Source of the DNA: Callorhinchus milii
Taxonomy: Eukaryota
Assembly (NCBI RefSeq): GCF_018977255.1
Contig: NW_024704743.1
Coordinates: 6,264,001 to 6,328,000, forward strand
Direction of reading: 5' to 3'
Length of the DNA: 64,000 nucleotides
The notes beneath the pieces are model-generated. The model was not told the DNA's origin. It was given only the letters and a program-made list of their open reading frames with translations, and ran no database searches. Position numbers and translations under genes: made by a program. Within the stretch, counting starts at the first letter, position 1; every line of letters begins with the position of its first letter. Below are positions 1 through 12,237 of this stretch, piece by piece.

Positions 1-84
1 GAGCGGAGGGTAGTGGGCGGGTTGGTAGGGGGTTAGGAGGTTGCAGAGGTAGGGTGGGGTGAGGCCATGGAGGAATTTGTAGGT

Positions 85-167
85 GATAACATCTGGGGTG
101 TATTAGTGCACAGTGCTATCAATCAAGATGACAGATCAGTCATACCTATCACCAGACCCTCACAAAC
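85..167 (+). pseudogene. Intronic relic duplicate of the 5' end of the PKS terminal exon (DNIWGVLVHSAINQDDRSVIPITRPSQT)
   Basis: Matches 562-645 (DHIWGVLVYSAINQDGRSVTPITRPSQT); fused to an L2 fragment at 1-75. Confidence 0.85.
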
Positions 168-546
168 GCATTACAAAATTTCAATTGTTATTCATTCAGT
201 CAATAGCAAAACAAAAACAAGCAGCATTATATGGAACCATTCACACGGGAATGAATCTAAGAGCACTTAAAGGAAATTTTAAGACGGGGTACTCTTCGGA
301 GTGCCAAACAGAAGAACATATTTTGAAATATGTCAAAATAATACCAGAACAAAGAAGAAATTATTGTTAAAATGTTGAATATTTTATGCTAATGGCTGGA
401 TTATTTGAACAAAATAAGTTTCAAGTTTATAGGACTGAGCAGGGCAAAGGGGATTAGAGTGCATAGGTCCAGTAAGGAACCCACATACAATGGCTTCCTT
501 TTGTGCTGAAACATTCGGTAATTCTATTCTTTCATCCAATTAATAG

Positions 547-3500
547 GCACTGAAAGACGATGATCACATCTGGGGTGTCCTAGTGTACAGTGCTATCAAT
601 CAAGATGGAAGATCAGTTACACCTATCACCAGACCCTCACAAACACAGCAGGAAGAACTGTTGAAATGGATTTACCACAGGTATGTTGATCCATCCCAGA
701 TACAGTACATGGAGGCTCATGGAACTGGAACTCCAGCTGGTGATCCTACAGAAGCCGGCAGCATATCACACATTGTTGGTCAGTCCAGGACATCAAACCC
801 TGATCCGCTCATCATAGGCTCTGTCAAAGGGAATGTTGGTCACACAGAGTCAGCTGCAGGAGCCGCAGGTTTAATCAAAGTTCTCCTGATGATGCATCAT
901 GGCAAAATTGTACCATCCCTCCACTACACTGAGGAGGATTCAAGCATCAATGCAAAGGCTTTGAATCTACGTGTTCCAACTAGTGTGGAAAACTGGGAAA
1001 AGCGTGGGGAGATGGGTAGGATGGCAGGAGTCAATTCATTTGGGTTTGGGGGAACAAATGCTCACGCAGTGGTGAGACAGTACAAGCAGCTTGCCCGGCT
1101 CAACTGTGCACAGAAACCACTGGAGATATTTGTCCTTTCAGCTGCCTCCCAGAAATCAATTCAAATGATGATAAAAGACACAAGTCACCAAATAAATCAA
1201 AGTGATGATACCGCTTTCCATAGTCTGGCATATACATCTGCTTGTAGAAGAAGCCACGCAAGTTATAGATACAGAAAAGCCTTTGTAGTTTCTTCCCTCA
1301 ATCACCTACAGCAGCAGCTTAAATCAGCCACAGTTACTGATGTTGCTCGGATAAAGACAAGTCCAAAGATCGTATTTGTGTTCTGTGGCAACGGTGTTGC
1401 CTATAGAGGGATGTGTAAACTGCTTGTACACACAGAGCCAGTGTTCAGGACACAGATTGAAGAGATAGAAAAAATTCTCCAACTACACACACCCATCAAT
1501 CTAATAGATTTAATTGAAAATGACTATGATGACTTCACAAAACCCGAGATAGCACAGCCATTGCTCTTTGCTGTTCAGGTGGCAATGGTTTCTCTTTTGG
1601 GGTTTTGGGGAATCCAGGCTAACCTTATGATTGGACATTCTGTTGGCGAGGTTGCTGCAGCACATTGTGCTGGGACACTGTCCTTGCACGATGCTGTAAA
1701 GGTGATTTACTACAGAAGTGTATTGCAGTCAACAGTAACGGGAGGCAGAATGCTGGCTGTTAGCAATTTGCCTGTGTCAAATGTGTCAGACAGACTTGTT
1801 CCATATTCGGGGAGACTCTGTATTGCTGCATTCAACAGTCCCTCCTCTTGCACAGTGTCAGGTGATGCCGGTGCAGTGGACAAACTGTATACAGAGTTAT
1901 CCACCGCATTTGGTGACAAAAATATATTCCTTCGCATTTTAGATGTTCCAGCAGCTTATCACAGTCACTTGATGGAGCCAATCATACAGCAGGTAGAAGA
2001 GAAAGTAGGTAACTTACATGAACAAGAAGCACGCTCAAAGATTATCTCCACAGTTACAGGTCAGGTGGCTTCAGGAGATGACTTTCTCACAGGCAAATAT
2101 TGGGCCCGGAACATTCGAGATCCTGTTGCCTTTGAAAAAGGGATAAGAGCTGCTGCTGCAGAGGCTGAAGACGCAGTATTTGTAGAAATAGGTCCAAGAC
2201 GGGCCTTGCAAAGATACATCACAGAAATCCTAGGCAATCAAACTCGAGTTTTTCCTGCAGTTCAGCCAGACAGAGATTATGAAACTCATCTATTGGTTCT
2301 ATCAAAACTCTTTGAGCTCGGGTACAATCCCAACTGGCAAAATGTCTATGTTGGTCGTGAAACTCTTCCCACTGTTTATCCTTCTTATGTGTTTGATCAC
2401 ACAAAGCAGGAATTAAACTTTGAAGAACTTAGGCAAGATAATGACAAGGTAGTTTCTTCCCATCACCCCCTACTCTCTAGTGTAAGCAAGGACGGCAAGA
2501 ATATAACTTCACCTTGTCAACATTGACAGTACCTTATGTAGCTGAACACAAAAACAATGGAGTGCCCATACTTCCCGGTGCCTTTCATGTAGAACTTGGT
2601 GTGGCTTCCGTCCTGGCAAGTATTGAACCAAAGATACCACTCACTTTGTGCCGGATCAGCGCAAAGTTTCTGAATCCTTGTATAATCCACCAGAACTCAG
2701 TTGAGCTCAAAGTGCACCTCAACAGAGAAGATAAACTGATCAAATTTAGTGTTTTATCAACTTCTGGCATTTATGCCACAGGGGAGGTACTACAGGTCAC
2801 TGAGTGTGTAACTGATGAAAGTAATATCTCGGTTGAGCAAATTTTCCAAAGATGCAAATCGAAAGCAAAGCCAGAGGACATCTATAAAGAACTCTCTTCT
2901 TTAGGCTTTCAGTATGGATCAGTTTTTAGGCAACTTGGGGATATCTTCTATGGAGAGAATTTGAAGGAAGCTATAACATGCATTAGAGTACCAGAAGAGC
3001 TCATGTCACAGATTCATCAATACTCCTTTCACCCAATCATTTTAGACTATTTTCTACAAATGGCTGCTGTTGTAACAATGATGTCTGCAGTCTCCACCAT
3101 AGGATTCCCCACATCTGTAGGGAGCTTGGTTATTCATCGCCCTTTACAACAAGAAATGCTGATGTATCTGAGGATCAGTAAAATCACTCCAGATTATCTA
3201 GAGGTCTGTGGGGGCTTCACAGATACAAAGGGCATAATCATTGCCGAACTGAAAAATATCAGAACCACATTTCTAACCGTGAACAATGGAGGAGGAATCA
3301 ATGATTTGTTCTATGAAAGTATCTGGGTAGAAATTCCTCACCTTCAAGAGGGCAAAAATCTTGCTTCTGGCCCAAGATCACTCGTGTTTGGTGATAACTA
3401 TGGAGTGGCTGAAAGCCTCAAGAAATTCCTGCACAGTCAGTCCACATATATTCCTTACCAGGAATATGACAATTTCACTGGTACAGAAGTTGTGGATCTT

Positions 3501-6112
3501 CTGAGAAAGTACAATGCCCACAACCTGAATAGCTATGAGGAGGTGTTCTTCCTGTGGGGGACTGTAAACCTGACTGACCAGACCAGCACAGCAGTGGTGC
3601 AGGAGGTCAGTAGCTGCTGTGAGATTTATCGTCAGATCATTCAGTTAGTTCGAGGGAAAAATGGCACAAAATCTGTTAGAGTAATAACATACAGGACATC
3701 TGAAAAAACAGTGGATCAAATTACTCCAGGGTTTGCCCTGTGGGGTATGACGAGATCATGCAATGCAGAAATTCCAGAGGTTTTATTTCAGATCATTGAT
3801 GTCAGCTCTATCAGTGATGCAGATATGGCAGCATTAGCTAATGTAATAGTCTTGTCTGATGGGGTGACCCACCCTGAGGTAATGATCAGCCAGGGAATGT
3901 TGCATGCTTCCACGATCACACGAACATCCCTTATAATCTCAGACAATACCAATGGTGGGACTTCTTATTCTGGTTTTGGAAATGTCCTTTTCCAGATCAT
4001 GGATCCTTACAATGTTGTGGATTTGCATGCCAAACCTCAAGAGAACAAAATGAGTGCACCCACAAAACAAAGTGTACACATTGAATTGGATGCAATTTGC
4101 ATGCATTCAGCGGATTACTTCCCAGTTAGTGTCTCTGATCTAAACTATGGGAAGACGTTGTACTGGAGCAAAAGTGTGTTTGGTGGGCACAATCTCGTGG
4201 CTCTGGACTTTAGTGGTACAGTCACTGCTGTTGGCAGTGATGTGAAGAGTTGTAAAGTGGGAGATCATATTGTTGCATGTTACCCGGTTCCTGCAGCTTC
4301 AAATGTCAGCCTTCCTGCTGTTGTTTGTTTCAAAAGCAAGAAAGTACCATTGCTGAAGGAGATCCCTTGTGTGTCATACTTCACAATAGCATGGGAAATA
4401 TTCCATAATCTCTTACCAAAACCCAAACATCAGAAACGCTTGGTAATTGTTTCCATGATACCTGATTCGTGTTTGAGTAAAGTCTTGTCTCTGACAGCCA
4501 GGGAGTCTGGCTGGAGAGTTCAGGTTTATCCACACTCCAATGACCTTGTACAGATTCCAGTTCACTGTGATGCTTTGGTTTTATTGCCACCTTTTGAAAA
4601 AACCTCTATTTCAAAATATGTCAATGGTTCTTCTGCTCGGATATTGTTGTTCTCCTGGACAACAAGCAGATGCTTGATATTTCCCAAGACATTCTCCAAA
4701 ATGAAAAGGACAATGTCTGTATTCATGTTCTGCAGTTAGCCAGTATATTTCAAAAGGGCTATCTCATGAAATCTGCAAATCGTATCTATAAATGGATGAG
4801 AACAATGTATTTAGGGACGAAACGTTTTGATCTATCAAAAATGATCTTCCAGCAAAGAATATCAGACATGGTTGAGTGCAGGAATGAGTCGTACTTTACA
4901 TGCAGAGATGTCTCCATTGCAGTTCTGAAGAGCACCACCAAGACTAGGATGTCAGAGATTCCAATGCACTGCAGACAAAAGCAGCTCTTTAAAAGTGATG
5001 CTGTGTATATAGTTGCTGGAGGACTTACCGGTCTTGGCTTTGAAACTGTGAAATTCATTGCCAACCATGGCGGTGGCTATATTCTTGTTCTTTCAAGGAG
5101 CTCTCCATCGAAGGAGAAGCAGGAGGAATTTAGCAAACTACAGAATGAAATTGGGACAAGGATCATTTGCGTGGCCTGTGACATCTCAGCTCTGTCAAAT
5201 GTCGAGAAAGCAATCAGTAATTTTCTTCACTCCTTCCCAAAGGTTTCTGTTAAAGGAGTGTTTCACAGTGCTGTGGTCTTACATGATTCACTCCTTCGAG
5301 ATCTAAATAAATCATTGTTTGATAAGGTTCTTGTTCCCAAAATTGCTGGGGTCTTGAATCTTCACTATGCAACACAAGGCCTCCAGCTGGAGTACTTTGT
5401 GTGCTTTTCCTCAGTTGCTTCATTCTTTGGATCATCTCTACAGGCTAACTATTCTGCAGCAAACTCATTTCTTGATTACTTTGTCCACTTTAGGCGATAC
5501 CATGGGCTTGTGGGGCAATCTGTGAACTGGGGAGCACTGAATCTCGGGCTGCTGCTCAATAAAGACAACATTCAGAAATTTCTGGAGTTGAAAGGGATTT
5601 TGACAATAGAAATTTCTGAAATCATTAAAAGCTTTGAACGTTGTTTGACCCTGAACAATCCACAACAAGTAATCTGTAAATTTGATTTCTCAAATATATA
5701 TGTTAATATCTCCCAAAACCCATCAAGCAAGAGACGTTTCCATTCAATTGTGCAGGAAGAGATCAGCAAAGGAAATGTCAAAGTGGTGGTCAGTGATTCA
5801 TCAATACCTCCTGAACAGTATATAATAACCTTGTTGTCTGAAGTGAGCAACACAGATCCTACAGACTTTACCAAAGAATCTACTCTCTCCAGTTTTGGCA
5901 TTGATTCCATGATAGGAATGACCATACAGAATCGGATTCACCAGGAAAAGAATGTCAGTGTGCCACTAGTAACATTTCTTGATCCAAAATCAACAGTGTC
6001 CACTCTGGTATCACTGTTTGAAAAGGAAAGTTTCCAAGTTCCTTCTGGGGAAACATCTATGCCATTGAACAAGTCTTTCGAGGAAGTTCCTGATGAGTTT
6101 ACTCAGTTGTAA
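547..6112 (+). CDS. pks1: Animal type I polyketide synthase, copy A, large terminal coding exon (KS C-half-AT-DH-psiKR-psiER-KR-ACP). Upstream exons lie outside the window; two 1-nt frameshifts as assembled
   Basis: Acceptor taatAG|GCA at 546/547, stop TAA at 6112. ORFs 583-2526, 2514-4739 and 4670-6112 join through 1-nt deletions at ~2497 and ~4640. Motifs: EAHGTGT and KGNVGHTESAAG (KS), GHSVG (AT), HKNNGVPILP and HPIILD (DH), GGLTGLG and QANYSAAN (KR), GIDSM (ACP). The symbol denotes the vertebrate pks1/MuPKS family; orthology is inferred. Confidence 0.9.
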
Positions 6113-6482
6113 ATAATGCATAAATAATACAGCATTTTACAGCACTTCCTCAAGTCAAATCAAGATTATATTCCCCATTCGCTGGAGAATGATATTTGAT
6201 AATCCTGTCTCATTCAGAATAGATAAACTTTTCTGCCGCTTTCATACAGATTTTAATTTTGTAGAGTTCAAAATCCTCATCCTCGCATTCAAAGCCCTCC
6301 ATGGCCTTGCACCTCCCTAGCTCTGTGACCTGCTAACCCGACACGGCCTACGTTCAGCAGTCTAGGAGCATAGGAGCAGAAGTAAGCCATTCAGCCCCCT
6401 GGGCCTGTTACGCCATTCTATAAGATCACGGCTGATCTGAATCTCTACTCCAATTAACTTGCCCATATCCCTTAATACAATT

Positions 6483-6765
6483 CTAATAATAATCTTCACG
6501 TTTTCTTGACGTCTCAAAGCGCTTCACAGAATAGACTGTAAAATGAGTTGACTGTATATTTCTGGGTGAAACACGGCAGCCAATTTCGCACAGCAGTGTC
6601 CCACAATCAGTCGTGGATTGAAATGACCAGTTTATTATTGTTTTTTTTGAGGGATTATTATCAGGCTTGTGGAGTAAGGAAAGTTGCCCAAGGTTTCACC
6701 CCGCCGGGAATCAAACCCAGGTCTCTCGCTTGCAAAGCGAGTGCTCTAACCACTGAGCTACAGGA
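6483..6765 (-). mobile_element. tRNA-derived SINE with Deu-like central domain and L2-type tail
   Basis: Reverse strand reads GTCCTGTAGCTCAGTGGTTAGAGCAC...GGGTTTGATTCCC (A/B boxes), then GCTGTGCGAAATTGGCTGCC, then a (TTA)n-like tail. Confidence 0.85.
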
Positions 6766-9424
6766 CTACACTTACTTAATAAACATCTATCCACCTCCAT
6801 CCACCAGATTTCCACTACCTTTCAATGAAAAATTGCCTCCTGATTCTACTCCCAATTAGCTTAGCTTTAATTTGAAGATTATGCCCCTTGCTCTGGACTC
6901 TGGCCTACTCTATGACCCCGTCCTACCCGCCCCATCATCGGCAGTCAAGCCTTCTGCCTTTCTGCTCCCATGCTTTTGGAACTCCATCCCACATTCCCAA
7001 TGCCTTGCCCCCTCCCTTGGCTCCTTCAAAATCCATCTAAAGAACCGCAACTTCTGGCACCTTCCAGCACCCACCTTCCCTACCCTTGACGCCTTCTGAC
7101 CCCAGACTTCAGCTTGGGTGCAAACCCCTGACTGTCCAGCACTTTGGGACATATCCTGACATGAATTGTGCTACACAACTGTAATTTGTTGTTTGCAGTT
7201 ATTGTGACTTCACTTCATTGTAAAGTCAAAAAGTATAAGTATTATCGTTTCCAATAATGAATATTCTCTGACATTTTTATGAATTGATTGATATGACTGG
7301 TGTTGGAATCAGGAATGTTGGAAAAATAATTGGAAAATACAAATTAGTTGTTTGTCTCATTTGTATCTCTCAGTGGAGGTGTTTTGTCTAATTATCTGTG
7401 CTATCTGGATATGATTGTAGAATTTCATCTAAATATAGATGCAGAATTTGAAAGGAGTGCAGCAGCAGAGGAGGAAATGTGGTATAAATGAGGATAGACA
7501 AATATTTTGGTGATTTTCCTTTACAGAAAATATGCATTTGAGTCATTGGGGAAAATTCACATTGTAATTTGCTAAAAGCTGCACTGTATTAATTTGTTAA
7601 TATCATTATGAATGTTTTTTTAATCAACCTGAAGCATTATACGAACAACACAAAGACTTATACAAAGACACTTGAAATGTAACTGAGTTCCAGGAATCTT
7701 TTAGCATTTTCTTTTTATGAATTTTCCTTTTTAAATAATGAACTTGAGATCAATGTTCACTGTATTAATGGATCACATTTTTGACATGTATTACTGAGTT
7801 TTATTCTTTTGAAAATAATCTGTATTACTGTATGCACATTATCTTTTACTAAATTTAACAATTATGAAACATGTTGATGTTATTTTGATTTAAAAATAAT
7901 TTTCAAAGCATTGTTGGAATCTTATAGTCATAATTTGTAAATAAATTTACAACATGAAAAATATTAAAACAAATGCTGCAGATGAAATCCTCGATTGTAA
8001 AGATTGGAACAGAATAAAGTCAGTGCACAAATATTGAATTGTATTTCTTTATCAATTTTCAAATATTCTGAAGAAAAACTGGAAATTACAGCACTATATA
8101 AACATTTCCAATCAGTGTGTGGCAACAATCAGGCATTACACAATAATACTGCATAATTCAGTCCATATCAACTCATATGTTACCCAGTGACCAAACTTAG
8201 ATATTATTCTTTAATATACAATAATTCAATCTATTCATTTGAAGAACCACCATATGGTTACAATTGGGTATAACATGAATATGTCTGGTTCTCCTGGCTT
8301 AGTGACCACACTTGACTATGACAATTTCATATAACTCAACCCAGTTCTCTGCCCCATCAACCGATGGCCACAATAAGGTAATACATTGTAATGCAATTCC
8401 ATCCAATGATCTACAGCGTTGCTAATGAGTCCACAGTTGGAAACATAAAATAATACAATATCGTGTAATATATTTCAGCTTAACGCAGTTTGCTAAATCG
8501 CCACCCAGTGGTTATAATTGGACATACGTACCACAACCCAGCTCCTCTGCCCACCTTCCCAAGGCTTGATCGCTCGTCCTCTCCTCCAACTCCAAATGTG
8601 AGGAGACAATGGACTTTTTTAAATCCAAATTTGAGGGGATTCACTTTGCTGTCTTTGCGAATGCCACCCCCTTCTCATCTCCCCATCCGTTTTCTGGAAA
8701 CGTGAAGTGTGTTCCCTGGGGAAAATAGCCACACAGAATCCTCATGTTCTTTGTCCACCACCAACAACAACTTGCATTTATATAGCGCCCTTCACCTGGG
8801 GTAGCGTCCCTGAGGGTTTCTGCCATCAGGTACTAGGGTACATTCATTATGGGTTCACGAGTCCAGCAGAGTGGCAAGGTAGGTGTATCAACTGATATAA
8901 ACTACGTGCCCTTCAGTAGCCAAACAACTCCACGCATCTTGAAGATTTTTGGGGATAAGAATCAAACAGTGTTTCTCACAAGACCACCGAGAATATGATT
9001 TGTCAGGCTTTATGCCAACATTACAGCCTTTGTGTTGAAACTAAATATCTGCTCTGCTGCTGGTCTTCTCTCAAAGCAGAGGAGCTGTTGTTTTCTCATA
9101 CAGTATATCCTGTAAAACACTTTGGAATATCCTCCCAATGTTATCAATAATACAGCACTTGTTTAAAATTGCTTCTTTTGATAATTGGAAGTAGTATAAA
9201 AATAGAAAAATGATCCCATTCTCATAGAATCACAATCTAAAGCCTAGGATTTCCCCCCACAAATGTACATACACACCCCCAGGAAACGCAACTGGTAGCA
9301 TGTTTATATCCACAAAATGTACAGTCAATCCACTTTACACATGTTCTTTGAAGTTATTTGAAACATCTCCACATTGTGATAAGGCACCATATCAAATGCA
9401 AGGATTATTATTAAAATTTAAAAT

Positions 9425-10215
9425 GTAGAGAAATGAAAGTGCTTTTCACATGGGGACAAAAAAATCCAGGAAGTGACTATTATTTAAATGGTAAGAAAAT
9501 CTTCTGTACGGAAAATAAAAAAGGATCCAGGGATCCTGAGTGTTAATAAAATCAAGCTATCCCAACAGTGCTCGGTAGCAGTGAAGAAGGCAAACCAGAT
9601 GCTCGGCTGTATTAAAAGGGCAATATGAGCCAAAATACTGGGGCAATTCAGCCATTTTATCAATCACTGGTGCGAAAGCACTTGGAATACTGCGTGCAGT
9701 TCTGGTCACGGCAATATAGGAAGGATATTGCAGCGATTGAGAGGTACAGAGGAGGGCAACCAAAATGATTGAGGGGATGGAGGGACTGGACGATGAGGAG
9801 CAATTAAATAACTGGACATGTTCACACTGGAAAAGAGAATGTTGAAGAGCGAATATGATTAAGGTCTTTAAGATTCTGAAGGAAATAGATAATGTAGACC
9901 ACGATAAGCTGTTTTATCCTGTGCTGAACAGCAGAACCAGAGGGCATGGCCTGCGACTGAACCAATCTGTGGAAACACTACTTGGGGGAGAGAGTAGAAA
10001 ACTTATGGAACAGGCTCCTTAGGGAGACAGTGGAAGCAGAAAATGTCATTTGTTTCAAGAACAAATGAGATAGATTTCTGCTAGAAAATAATATCTTGGG
10101 ATACAGTGTATAGTTTGGGACATGACATGTCAAGTGGCTGTCAGGATGGTGGAAGGCAAAGTAGATAGACCTTGTTCTTCTTTCGTCGTGCAAATTCTTA
10201 TGTTCTTATGTTCTT
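9425..10215 (+). mobile_element. Degenerate CR1 LINE 3' fragment (mirrored at ~21480-22115)
   Basis: LEYCVQFW...LERVQRRATKMI-type motifs; (TTCTTATG)n tail. Confidence 0.78.
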
Positions 10216-10689
10216 ATTATGTGCTCCAAACAACCTGCTGTCTAATACGTGGTGTTGGTTAATCCCATAGTAGAATATAGCTTGTCTACCCTATGGTGAA
10301 TCGACCATAAATTAGCCATCGTCCACATACAGTCTAAAAGACAGAAATTGTAAAACAAACTTTTGATGGGTTGAGCCCACTGTTATTAAGACGATTGACC
10401 TAAAGAAGGCCATTTTATCACACCTAATTATAACCCAGTCAGTGAGACATTGGACCTAGTCGACCGTGTTACAGCAATGTTTCTTTGTATTCTATGGGAT
10501 TCAATGAACAGCGTCATCATGTGGACAAAATAGAGTTCAACACCAATATAATTCAAATGTACTGCAATTGTGAATGAATGTTTAACATAAAAAGAAGCAA
10601 GACAAGAGGGCATTAGTATCATCATTGTGAAGGGAAACAGAACAGGAAGCTTTCTTTGACAGAGAATAACTAACAGCTGGAATTAGTTA

Positions 10690-11640
10690 ACAATAACAAC
10701 AACAAAATTACACTTATCAAGCACCTTTCACGTCGGAAGGAGATCTCAAGGCAAGGCACTTGAGATGGGAGTTCGAATCAAGAGTGGTGAGGGGAGGGGG
10801 TGGGATGGTGGCCGAAAGCACGATCAAAGAGGAAAGTGTTGAGACGAGGCTTGAAAGAGGCAACGGAGAGGGTGAGGCAGAGGGATTCTGGATGGAGTTC
10901 CAGAGGGAGTGGACAGAAGACATGAAGGTCCAACCACCAATGGGATATGGAGCAGGTTTGTGCTGGCCAAGCAGAGGAAATGGACAGGTTGGTGTGGTGT
11001 TGATAGGTCGCAGAGATGTGGAGGAGCTGGTCCATGGAGGGCTTTAGAAGTGCGGACCAGGATTTTAAAATCAAATCTCTGGGGAATGCGGAGCCGGTAG
11101 AGCCGGAACTGGGTGACGGAGTTTGGTAACGGACAGAACACAAGCTGCAGAGTTCTGATTATTTTGCAGCTTGTGGAGGAAAGAGTTTTGCGAACAAGGA
11201 GTTATCGTAGTTGAACCTGGACATGATGAATGCATGAATGAGGATCTCGGTGGCCTGAGGGGAAAGGCAGTGGCGGAGGAGGCGATGTTACAGAGGTGGT
11301 GGAAGGCTAAATGGATCGTTGCCCGGATGTGTGCTTCAAAGGAGAATTAAGCATCAAACAGGAACCACAGTTCTGTACTAACTATGTATGGTGGGGATTG
11401 CAGATGTGGATGCTGATGCAATCAGTACCTGAAGTGAGAAGGCACTGATGAGAGCCAAACAGGAGGGCCTCAGACTTGTCAATGTGCAACTGGAAAACAT
11501 TGGCTCTCATCTGGGACTTGATGTCTGACAGACAATCCGTCAGGATAGCAGTGATCCTGGAGTCGAGGGTGGAGACAGAGAGATAGAGATGGGTGTCACC
11601 TGAATGCATGTGGAAATTAACCCCATGCCAGCGGTTGACA
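10690..11640 (-). mobile_element. Degenerate L2 LINE 3' portion (mirrored at ~19360-20320; partial tandem copy at ~11850-12230)
   Basis: DTHLYLS...CLSDIKSQMRANVFQLHIDKSEALL (RT C-terminus) and L2 3'UTR. Confidence 0.8.
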
Positions 11641-12237
11641 TCATCAATCTCAGATGGACAGATTGTTTTCTGTAAATTTGGGACAAAGGGACTTTTTCAT
11701 TTGTGCTTTGCTTATGGGAAGCAAACTTCCTTGGTGGACTGAAAAACCATCCTGAAACCACGAGAAGGGAGTTTCTCCCAGTGTCCAATCCCCCGAGTAA
11801 AATTGGTCATTCATTTTCTGGTTGTTTGTGGCACAACAAAAACAACAACAAAATTATACTGATCAAGCACCTTTCACATCAGAAGGAGACCTCAAGGCGA
11901 GGGACAGTCAAGGGTTTGCATCTGAGATGGGAGCTGGAATCAAGAGTGGCGGAGGGTGCGGTGATGGTGGCCGAAAGCAAGATCAATGTGGAAGGTCTTG
12001 AGATGAGGCTTGAAAGAGGGGGTGGAGAGGGTGAGGCAGAGGGATTCTGGATGGAGATCCAGAGGGTGTGGACAGAAAACCTGAAGGCCCAACCACCAAT
12101 GGGATATGGAGCAGGTTTGTGCTGGCCAAGCAGAGGGAATGGACAGGTTGGTGTGGTGTTGATAGGTCATAGAGATATGGAGGAGCTGGTCCATGGAGGA
12201 CTTTAAAAGTGAGGACCCCGATTTTAAAATTGTGTCT

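Larger units (their letters stand above)
1..11835 (+). repeat. Left arm of large inverted duplication (pairs with ~19163-32150; probably extends beyond the window start)
   Basis: Mirror coordinates sum to ~31545 across the PKS exon and its 3' flank (547/30998, 6112/25433, 8490/23058). Homology continues, more diverged, to ~11835/19163. Confidence 0.93.

Noticed and set aside
4590..4606. AAAAAAC as a programmed -1 slippery site
   Set aside because: It is phased GAA AAA ACC, not A AAA AAC, in the translated frame, so it does not fit the canonical X XXY YYZ register.
547..6112. Fatty acid synthase (FASN), or bacterial PKS contamination / recent HGT
   Set aside because: No TE or psiMT, a degenerate ER and a giant terminal exon are unlike FASN. 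Spliceosomal introns and vertebrate retroposons exclude bacterial DNA.
4670..6112. Stand-alone KR-ACP gene (also 25433-26875) in an operon-like split PKS
   Set aside because: The context is eukaryotic, with no separate promoter or acceptor evident. A single-base frameshift in one continuous exon explains it.
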